NCBI RefSeq assembly: GCF_001194135.2
Contig: NC_068990.1
Coordinates: forward strand, 93,472,172-93,536,171
DNA: 64,000 bases
Direction of reading: 5' to 3'
Source of the DNA: Octopus bimaculoides
Lineage: Eukaryota
Shown here: piece after piece, positions 27,772 through 38,462 of the stretch
How the letters are laid out: the number at the start of each line of letters is the position of its first letter
How positions within the stretch are numbered: position 1 is the stretch's first letter
Notes under the pieces: generated by a model
The model's input: the letters and a program-made list of their open reading frames with translations, nothing else
Database searches by the model: none
Told to the model about the DNA's origin: nothing
Translations under genes and position numbers: made by a program

Positions 27772-28041
27772 TTTCAGCTACAGTCCAGAAAAATTCTTAA
27801 CAACATGATGACAAAAGTACGACAAAACTCATCTAAGAGACGAGTGACCATGGTTGAAAACATTAACATAACTCCAGATTCTAAAGAGACCAATGGTCAA
27901 TGGGCTGAAACTCGAAGACCGTCCAGTTTGGTTGAATCAAATCAATCTAATCATTCGTTTGTGTCTTTGGAGAAATGTCATCGATGTAATACGTATGAAT
28001 CTGTGGTTGTGGTTCATGACATGGAAGAAGAATCGGATTAA
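27772..28041 (+). CDS. Candidate orphan gene, terminal exon C (FQLQSRKILNNMMTKVRQNSSKRR...HDMEEESD*)
   Basis: attttcttcag| phase-0 acceptor, 89 codons then TAA, AU-rich 3'UTR-like region, AATAAA at 28647-28652. Confidence 0.6.
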   Translation, partial: FQLQSRKILNNMMTKVRQNSSKRRVTMVENINITPDSKETNGQWAETRRPSSLVESNQSNHSFVSLEKCHRCNTYESVVVVHDMEEESD

Positions 28042-28081
28042 TATTTACCATAAGAATTTTATCTCTTGTTTATTTCCTGTT

Positions 28082-28150
28082 CATTGTTAGTTGTTTACTG
28101 TTTAACATTCATTGTTAGTTGTTTACTGTTTAACATTCATTATAGTTGTT
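28082..28150. repeat. 28-bp tandem duplication cattgttagttgtttactgtttaacatt, 2.4 copies
   Basis: Direct inspection. Confidence 0.9.
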
Positions 28151-29071
28151 CATTGTTTGATGTTAATTCATAAACATTTGTATGTGTGTCGGTAAAGATT
28201 TCCAACATGTATCACAGAATGATAGGAGAGGATTAGAGTCAACTAAATCATTTCTTACGTCACTAATAATATGTATTTTATTGACCTTGGAAGGACAAAA
28301 GACAGGCAATGCCTTAACGGGCATCAAATTGTTCACAGATGTTCAGCACACAATAATATTGTTTACAGATTTTCATTACACAATAATATTGTTCACTGAC
28401 ATTTTTTCATTCCTTCTTCATTATCTGAGTTGTGATGTCCAGTTTTTATTACTCACATAACTATTTACATTGTTCAATGTTTATTGGCAACAGTTGTTCA
28501 TTCTATGTTTTCCTACAGAACAAAAAGTATTTGTTTACTATTTGTTTATGACTTATTGAGAAAAAAAACTATATTTGTTTTTTGACAATAGTTGTTCATT
28601 GTTCATTGATAACATTTTACGGATCATTGTTTATGTTTTTAACTAAAATAAACCATCAGAATTTTCAAAGATTTAATTTGCGTTTGATTGGTTGACTTCT
28701 CTCATTTGCATGTTCTGACATTAAAATAGTTTTCTTAATTGAAAAATGATTTCACAGTTATCATTACTCAGAATATGGCAAACACAGATCTGAAAGTCCA
28801 GTCTTTGATCGTACTGCAGTGCCAGCAACAACAACAGCAATAATAATAATGATGATGGTCTCAAATTTTGGCACATTGCCAGCAATTTTAGAGGAAGTGG
28901 GCACATCTGTTACTTTTACCCTTGTATATAGCTGGTACTTATTTTGTTGATCCTGAAAAAATGAAAGGTAAAGTTGGTTGCAGCAGAATTTGAACTCAGA
29001 ATGTAAAGATCTCAAAGAATTGCTACCAAACATTTTGTCCAATCCACTCACAATTCCGCCATCTTGCAGCC

Positions 29072-29126
<55 letters not shown>

Positions 29127-29127
29127 T

Positions 29128-29165
<38 letters not shown>

Positions 29166-29707
29166 NNNNNNNNNNNNNNNNNNNNNNNNNNNNNNNNNNN
29201 NNNNNNNNNNNNNNNNNNNNNNNNNNNNNNNNNNNNNNNNNNNNNNNNNNNNNNNNNNNNNNNNNNNNNNNNNNNNNNNNNNNNNNNNNNNNNNNNNNNN
29301 NNNNNNNNNNNNNNNNNNNNNNNNNNNNNNNNNNNNNNNNNNNNNNNNNNNNNNNNNNNNNNNNNNNNNNNNNNNNNNNNNNNNNNNNNNNNNNNNNNNN
29401 NNNNNNNNNNNNNNNNNNNNNNNNNNNNNNNNNNNNNNNNNNNNNNNNNNNNNNNNNNNNNNNNNNNNNNNNNNNTGTGCAAATACAAAGCAAAAGCCAA
29501 ACATATAATAATAATAATAATAACACACACACTCACATACGCACACATACACACACATGCACACACACACACACACGCACGCACACACACACACCCATGT
29601 ACACTTTCTCTCCCAGACAACCTGAAGTGGGGAGTTCCATCTCTTTCACAAAACTCACATCCTCCTTGCTCCTGTCTGTTTCTCTTTCTATTTGTCAGCC
29701 TGCCTGC

Positions 29708-29749
<42 letters not shown>

Positions 29750-29776
29750 TTCTCTTTGTCTCGGTCTCTCTCACTT

Positions 29777-29830
<54 letters not shown>

Positions 29831-30412
29831 CTAAGGAACACAAACACTCAATGTTTCCATGGATAGCAAAACTAGTTCAAAAATTAGGTTCACATAAGAT
29901 ATTAAGCTGAAACATCAAGATGTTTGCAAGATTGTTACCATATACATCACTGTGTGTGTGCGTGTGTGTGTACATGCGTGTGCGTGTGTGTGTGCATGCA
30001 CGTGTGTGTGTGTGCATGTGTGTGTGTATGTGTGTATGTGTGTGCATGCGTGTGTGTGTTTTACTATAGACCACTATGAATATGTTATCCTATATACCAC
30101 AGTGTATGTGTTATCCTATTGTGTATATGTGTATTATCCCATAAATTATATCATATATGCATTGACCCATGTCCCACAGCATTATCCTATATGCTACAGT
30201 ATGTATGTTATCCTATATATTACTGTGTGTGTGTTACTCTTCATCAGACAATCAAAGCTGTCCGACAAACTGGAATGTGAAACTCTGAGTAGCAGTTTTT
30301 TGTGATATTTTTGAAATGTTTTTGCAGATTTAATAAAAAGCATATTACTCTACCTCTGGTATTTGAGTACTATTTTTACCCACCTTGTTTCACATTTATG
30401 TACTTACTCTGG

Positions 30413-30456
<44 letters not shown>

Positions 30457-30850
30457 CTTGTATGTACATATGCATGTTCATATATACAAATGTGTGTATG
30501 TATATACATATGCATGAATGCATGTTTGTATGTATGTATTTAGGTAAGTTGGTTGGTCGGTAGGTATATATGTTTTCGTTAGGCTTCATGGAGGCAATGA
30601 CCGAGGTCTTTGGCATTATGTCATACTTGGGAAGAAGACCCATGAAACTGAGCAAAATTGCGGTCATGGCAGATACCAGTGTCATGCAAATGGCACCCGT
30701 AGAAAACCATGCCAAATCAGACTGGAGTCTGGTGCAGCCTCCCAGCTTACCAGCCCTGGTCAAACTGTCCAAATCATGCCAGCATGGACAATGGATGTTA
30801 AATGATGATGATGATGATGTATGTATGCACTTATGCATGTATATAGGTAT

Positions 30851-31016
30851 CAGGGCTGGCCCTAGGGTTGCTGGTGCCCTGGGCAAGCTGAGCTTTGGCA
30901 TGTACAAGCTGACGGCTGTGGAAATTTCCTTTTCTTTGTCATGCCCTCCTTTTTTACCCCCAGCACATGGCACCCCGGGTGGCTGCTGGTGTTGCTTGTA
31001 CTTTGAGCCAGCCCTG
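30851..31016. mobile_element. hAT-superfamily MITE, 166 bp
   Basis: TIRs CAGGGCTGGC(C/T)C and a perfect 8-bp target-site duplication ATAGGTAT at 30843-30850 and 31017-31024. Confidence 0.9.
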
Positions 31017-31737
31017 ATAGGTATGAATACATATATATGTCATGCATATGCATGTACGTATGTACATACATATGTATGTCAGTGTGTGTTCATCTATGTA
31101 TGTATGAATGTATTCATGTATGTCTGTATATATGTATTCGTGTATGTATGTATATATGTATTTGTGTGCTAGTGTTTGCACAACTGTTTATGTTTATGTG
31201 TGACTCATTGCAAACAATTACAAATCATTAGAAATAATATTTGTCTAACAACCAACAACAAGTCCAGTTTGTGACTGGATGTGTTTCCCAGGCTAAAGCC
31301 ACTGAACAGCCCTGGTAAGCACACATGTTGCTAGGAGACCATTATCTCTATATTGTGTTTGTTTTATTTAGAAATGTCTCCATTGGAATGCTTTGATTGA
31401 TTTACCACTTTCTCTGGATTTGTTTGTTATTACGAAGGGAGGGGGCAGACCCCTTAACCCTTGAAATCACTTTTACACTGGGCAAACAGCAATATTTGGG
31501 TGGGGTGTGTTTGGGTAGGGCTGCACGAGGAATCAACAACAAGAACAGCAACGGAATTTTCAAATACTATAAGGGCATGCACAGCTGTGTGGTTAAAAAG
31601 TTTGCTTCCCAACCACATGGCTCTTGGTTCAGTCCAACAGCATGGCACCTTGGGAAAGTGTCTCCTACTACAGCACCAGGTTGAACAAAACCTTGTGAAT
31701 AGATTTGGTTTTGGTTGACAGAAACTGAAAGAATCCC

Positions 31738-31780
<43 letters not shown>

Positions 31781-31878
31781 NNNNNNNNNNNNNNNNNNNN
31801 NNNNNNNNNNNNNNNNNNNNNNNNNNNNNNNNNGTATGCATGTGTGTGGGTATGCATGTGTGTGTGTGTGTGCATGTG

Positions 31879-31918
<40 letters not shown>

Positions 31919-32693
31919 TCCTTGTCTTGACATCACATAGTTATTGTAAATGAGTGTCACTGTGATACAAGCAGTGTCATTCATTTTCCCAATATTCTGC
32001 GAAAAAGCGTCTGGCCATGGGGAACCATTACCTTGCTTTGAATCAGTTGATGGTTGATGACATCTGACCCTAGAAAATCTACCTCAATAAACTGTGTCTG
32101 ACTCAAGCAAGCAGGGAAAAGTGGATGCGGAAACAATGGTGACGATGATGATTAGGATGATGTTCTCTTCTTTTATAAATACAATCACCATTTCAGTTTT
32201 ATTTCTTGAAGGTAGAAAATCCAAGGTGGAGAGCACCTCGATAGTTCATGGCTGCTTCGTCTGTTTTACAAACAACATATTCTGAGCTATGCCTTTCCCT
32301 GTATAGATTGATCAGTCTCTCCACGACAGACTACAAATAGCACACATTACATGATTACATTGCATGACCACAGGCTGCACATACATAATGGTATAGAATT
32401 ACTCAAAATAAACATCTACTTGGATGTGCTGAGGACTCAGTTGGTGACTGTAACCATCTCTAACTCTCCTATAATCCTGGCCACTACATGTTCAATCACT
32501 CCAAATACTTAGACATGTCTTCAATATCACAGAACTCTATAAACCCATTCTGTCAATCTGTTCAGTTCATCATAGTCCTTTTGTCATCATCATGACCTTA
32601 TTAATGACATGCCCTCACGACTCCAGGTTCTCTCCACGACCTGGAACAGACCTGAAATAGAGAGAGCGCATAATTTTCTCTCCTCCTCTTCCT

Positions 32694-32737
<44 letters not shown>

Positions 32738-33689
32738 ACTAATGTTCGTTAACTGTATGCTGTGAGACATGTTTGATTTTTATGTTTCATATTTTGTGCA
32801 AGGCAGCCCTTCATCAAAAAAAAAAAAAAGACCCTACTAGTTTCTGTGGATTCTAAGTATTTGTTTTTTCCTTGGCAACTAACTACGTATAATAATTCAC
32901 TTGTTATATTTACTAAAAAAAGCCTCAAAAGCTATGGGCATGTCTCTTCCTTTCAAAATAAGACAAAAGACCTGATTACAAAAACAGCAATGTCGTTAAG
33001 TGATGGATGTGTATTGTAATTTGTCTAATTATTACAAAACAGCCAATATACAATCATTAGGTCCGATTCTTTTGTGTCATTAACCAATGTAGAAATGTAA
33101 CCTTATGCTTCATTAATTTTTATTAATGGTGTGAAGTTATATACACAAGTGATAATTAGCATATCAGGTCATGTACTTAATTCAATCATCTCAACCATTT
33201 CCACCCATTAAATAAACTTTGTCATCGTCATCATCATCATCATCATCATCACCATCATCATTATCATCATCATCAGCATCACCATAACCATCATCATCAC
33301 CATCATCATCATCGTTATTATCGTTGTTGTTGTCGTCGTCATCATCATCATCATCATCGTTTTATTGTCTACTTTTCCATGTTTGTTTTTATCAACAAAC
33401 AGTCTTTGTTGATGCAGATCTCTCTATGGCCAGATTGTCCTCCTGTTGCCAACTCTTACCTTGCTTGGAAACCAGCAACTCAGCAGTTCCCGCCTTTAGG
33501 CTTTCATGGAAAGTTACAAACACAACATTACTTGTATGACATTACATTTTACAACCATCATGCCATAACAAGGCAAGGAACACACACACACACACATCTG
33601 TCTGTGTGTGTGTGTAAGAATGTATGTGTTTGTGTATGTCTATATTATATATATAATAATTATCATATTCGCCATGATAGATCGCTAGC

Positions 33690-33859
33690 CACTACACATT
33701 CTTTTTTTTCTCTCCTTGTTTCTTTCTGTCTTCCTTTCTGTGGAAGAGCATAGGATCGAAACATTAAAGACTTTTTCACTTCCCGGGCATTATACTAATA
33801 CATCTGTTTGTTGTCTACACCACCTGTCTTCCTCTTTTGTTTTTTTGTGAATTCTCCCG

Positions 33860-33861
<2 letters not shown>
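33690..33861 (+). mobile_element. Dispersed repeat copy 3 with decayed hammerhead-like motif (33734-33769)
   Basis: CTTT-CTGTGGA-A-GAGC-ATAG-GATC-GAAAC-ATT-AAAG; abuts (TA)n. Confidence 0.5.
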
Positions 33862-33899
<38 letters not shown>

Positions 33900-33943
33900 G
33901 CACATATATATGTATGTATGTATGTATATGTATATATGTATGC

Positions 33944-33974
<31 letters not shown>

Positions 33975-33989
33975 TATATTTACACATAT

Positions 33990-35265
33990 ATATATTATTG
34001 TTATTATTGCCTTTGCACAGCTTCTAACGCTGGAGATGTACCACAATGTCAGCTGTTCAATACCAGTGAACTAAGGTAACACCCCTTATTTTTCAAGCAC
34101 CATCCGGAGTATTTGAGCAGTTCCAAGCAGTGCTGTTTTCTGCAAGTGCTCCACCCTTATTGTAGCCCCTATTTGTTCCATGTACTTCTCAATATTTTTA
34201 CTCACTGTTCCCAGGGCTCCGACAATTATTGGTACTACTACCATCTCTTTCATGACCACAAGTGCTTAACTTCCCAAGCTAACCTGTCATATCTATCGAC
34301 TTTTCTTTCTTCCTTAACACATACCTTGTTGTCAGTTGGGCATGCTATATCTATGATCCAACATCGTTTGCTTTCTTTCTTAACACTATGTCTGGCTTCC
34401 TATTCTCTATCTCATGGTTGCACTGAATCATAAAATCCCACAGGATCTTTGCATTATCATTTTTGCTGATGCCTTCAGGTTTATGTTCGTATCAATTTTT
34501 TGCTGTCAAGTCCATACTTGTTGCAAACTGTCCAATGGACAAGCCTAGCTATATTGTCGTGACATCTCTTATATTCTTTCTGGGCTAGTGGCGTACATTG
34601 GCTGGTAATATGCCATACGGTTTCACCATTTTATCCACAGATTCTGCACTTATCCCTTTCTGATGTGTTGTCTATTCTGTATTTTATGTAGTTTGTTCTT
34701 AGTGCTTGCTCTTGGGCAGCACAGATTACAGCCTCCGTTTCCAGTTTAAATTACTTTTAGTCATTCACAGCCATCTTTTTTCTCCGTTTGTCCTATCGTC
34801 AACATCCCTATGAAATTGACTATGCATTTTTTTCTTTATCCACCTATTTTCAGTTTCATTGTTTTCAATTTCTTGTATAGTGCTTTGATTTGCAATCTTT
34901 CATCCTACACAAGCCTCCACCTTAAATTTTTTCTGTTATTCCTTTCTCCATCAATTTATCCATTTCCAGTATCCCCAAGTACTTATAGCCCGTCTCTTCT
35001 ATCTGCTTCATAACCTTCTCCGACGGTATCGTTAGCCCGTCCATACATTTGATTTTGCCTCACTTTAAGACTAACACACCACACTTTCTCAGTCCGAACT
35101 CCATTCTGATATCAGCACTGAAGGTATACACCGTATCATCGAGGGAACTGACTTGGGCTTCATCATAAAGTTTGAGGTCATCCATGAATAACAAATGGTT
35201 GACTTTTTGTTGGTGGCTTTTGAATACATACCCAGCTTTTGCTTTCCTCAGAATTAGTGTTAGTG

Positions 35266-35268
<3 letters not shown>
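33990..35268 (-). mobile_element. 5'-truncated, decayed R4/Dong-clade RLE non-LTR retrotransposon
   Basis: Minus-strand translation shows NHLLFMDDLKLY (35174-35188 core), MEFGLRKC, EAVICAAQEQALRTNY, CRICG..GETVWHITSQC (CCHC), and ILWDFMIQCNHEIENRKPDIV..WIIDIACP (PD-(D/E)xK). Bounded by ATT-type repeats at both ends. Confidence 0.85.
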
Positions 35269-35304
<36 letters not shown>

Positions 35305-35469
35305 TTGTATATGCATAAACACTACAAAAAAAAGTTTCTTATTCAAGGGAAGTAACTCTGATGTTAGAAAAATCTTTGGACAGAGTAATTTTCCTTGTTA
35401 TTTCTAAACAATCGAGTTTCTATAATAGAAAGGATTATTATTATTATTGTTGTTGTTGTTGTTGTTGTT

Positions 35470-35862
35470 ATTTTGGTTCAACTCAGGTCTGGTCTTATTC
35501 CTGGTAGGGTTTATGTGGATAGCGGGTTTCTACCTATAACCTTAGGTATCCACAAGTCTTCAACAGTCTTTCAAGTGCTTAGAACCCTCCTGATATTCCT
35601 TGCTGTCCCTAAGAGACAAACGTTGTGTAGGAGCTCTACCGGGCATTCTATTCCAATCTCCTTCAACCATTTTCTCTATATCTTTGCTTACTCTTCCCAA
35701 CACACCAATTATTATAGGCACCACCTTTACTGTTCGCATGCTCCAAATTCTTCAAACTCTTCCGTCACACGTCCTGTGGCTACTTCAGCAACTCTTTATC
35801 CCACATGTCTCCTCTTTTTCTTCTTTGTTCCTTTTGTTTTTCAATATGTCTAACATAGCAAG
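35470..35862 (-). mobile_element. 3' end of a second R4/Dong-type element
   Basis: Minus strand IWSMRTVKVVPIIIGVLG and LGTARNIRRVL. The 3' end abuts (GTT)n(ATT)n and the 5' side is interrupted by a SINE. Confidence 0.75.
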
Positions 35863-36209
35863 AGTGGCTGTGTGGTAAGTAGCTTGCTTACCAACCACAT
35901 GGTCCTCGGTTCAGTCCCACTGCGTGGCACCTTGGGCAAGTGTCTTCTACTATAGTCTTGGGCCGACCNNNNNNNNNNNNNNNNNNNNNNNNNNNNNNNN
36001 NNNNNNNNNNNNNNNNNNNNNNNNNNNNNNNNNNNNNNNNNNNNNNNNNNNNNNNNNNNNNNNNNNNNNNNNNNNNNNNNNNNNNNNNNNNNNNNNNNNN
36101 NNNNNNNNNNNNNNNNNNNNNNNNNNNNNNNNNNNNNNNNNNNNNNNNNNNNNNNNNNNNNNNNNNNNNNNNNNNNNNNNNNNNNNNNNNNNNNNNNNNN
36201 NNNNNNNNN

Positions 36210-36261
<52 letters not shown>

Positions 36262-36616
36262 TGTGTGTGTATGTGTGTGTGTGTGTGTGTGCATGCATGT
36301 GCAAAGAATTTCATTACGGTGACAGATTTATTTTAATAGCATGCTTTTCTGCTAGTAAATATTTTTTCTTAGACATGCACACCCTCACACACACACCCTC
36401 ACACACATACACACACATTCATGCATTACATACAATACATATATACATATGAACAACGTCCATATGACAAACGACAGAAATCTCGATTAATACATAGATA
36501 GCTACAGTGATTGATAGGGAGAAAACGATGGCTGGAGACAGACAGATTGAGAGACAGAAGAGAGAAAAGAGAAGAAAGGAGAGATAGAGAATGAGAGAGT
36601 GTGTGAGAGGGAGAGG

Positions 36617-36652
<36 letters not shown>

Positions 36653-36779
36653 GCGAGAAAGAGAGAAAGAAAGAGAGAGAGATATCAGCTTGAATTAATG
36701 TATATATAAGAACAATAATGACACATGCTTTCTTCATTGAATGAGTTCATCTGAAACTGACCATAAATTAGGACACTGT

Positions 36780-36814
<35 letters not shown>

Positions 36815-37433
36815 TCTCTCTCTCACACACACACATACATGTTACTGTTTTTGTTTCATAAGATTTGTTTATTCATTTTCTAACATGTGTGACTATCAGA
36901 CATCTAAGAATGGAAAGATTGGTTGATGTTGGGGGGCAGGGGTTAATACTCAGGGTCACCTGCTGAATAAAAACTTCTTAGTACTCAGCTACAACATTTT
37001 TGATTAAAGCTACTGCTTAGAGTTGAGGTCTCTACTAAAGGCCATACTCACGCTTCACTACATTCAATAGATAACTAATATTACCATTCGTGCCCCTATT
37101 TTCTGTTGTAAGGCCATGCATTAACCATCTTAATTAATAAGTTATCTTTGATTAAATGCTTTTGATATAATTCTTCAAATTTTAGCAAAAGGCCAGTAAT
37201 TTTAGCAGGAAGGAGTTCAGTCAATTTCATTGGTGCCAGTGCTTAATTGGTGTGTATTCTATTGACCCTAAAAGGGTGAAGATTAAAGACAGCCTTGCTA
37301 GAATTTGAACTCAGAACATGAGAAGCCTGAAGGAAAACTGCAAAGCATTTTGTCCAATGCATTAAAGAAAGAGAAAAAAAATGGTTTAGTGGCAGAATAG
37401 GTTCTTTAGACCAATCTGGTTCATTTATGCTAA

Positions 37434-38462
37434 TTGTGTGGGGTACCCAAAAGAAACTGGAATTTTGCAATATTATTTTATTCACTTAGTTTTACATGTT
37501 TTCACTCTTATCACCTTCAAAGTATTCTTCATTTGAAGCAATGCATTGATCCAGGCACATTTTCAACTATTTGGAGCAGTCCTGGAACTCTTGTGAAATG
37601 ATGCCTTTTAACACCCACTAGCATAGCTAGACTGTGTGCTACCCAGGATGGCCCTTCAGGTTGCTGAAAAAACACATATTGTCTACAGCAGACCCAGATG
37701 CATCACCACTTTGAAAGTGCCACCCAGGATGGACGGCCGACCGCTACCTTCCCCCCACCCCAGCTACGCTCGTATTAACACCTCCATTTTTTTCTCCACA
37801 TCTGCAAATTCCATAGCACCAGCTTTTGTCAACAGGGATGACTTTTAAAGAAAGGTCTGGATCAACTTCCAACTCTTCTTTCAGTTCATGACACGCATTC
37901 ACGCAAGACTGTTTTTCATCTTCCATGAGCAAGCAAGGCACAGATTTTGCTGCAACTCTTTCCATTTGCAACTCCTTGCTCAAAACTCGTAGGCAGGAGC
38001 TCCAGGACAAACCAGTCGTATCAACACATTTGTCAATTGTTTGGTGACAGTTCTCCAAGATCAGTTCATGAAGTTTTATGATGTTTTCATTCATTTGGGA
38101 GGTCTTCAAGTGACAAGTGACCATTCCCAAAGTGTGAAGATCACTCACAAACTTGTGCTTTGCTCATGGTCCTTGTAAGCTGCTTGAAGCATGACAACTG
38201 TTTCGGTCACCAATTTTCCCCAACAGAAAACAGAATTTTATGTTGTTCCTTTGTTTCAGCCATTGCAAAGATCGATGAACAAGGGAAAAGCTCTGCAAAA
38301 CAAAGACGCACCACATGGCAGTACAATATCACCTGACAACACCGGTCAGCAGACTGTTGCCTGAGGGTCGCATCAAGTGGCTTCTAGTGGCGGAAGCCTG
38401 AACTACAAACAGCTTGTCCCACAGAGAACATTTCCGATTACTTTTGGGGGTAGCCCCTCCTA
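37434..38462 (-). mobile_element. Decayed, internally deleted mariner (Tc1/mariner) transposon
   Basis: ORF 37744-38148 resembles mariner transposase (ENIIKLHELILE, RVAAKSVPCLL, VIPVDKSWCYG corresponding to ITGDESW). C-terminal CIASNEEYFEGD near 37510-37560. Imperfect TIRs ggggtacccaaaagaaactggaa and ttccgattacttttgggggtagcccctccta. Confidence 0.85.

Noticed and set aside
32290-32660. Possible CR1/L2 endonuclease relic
   Set aside because: No diagnostic motif recoverable by eye; too decayed to call.
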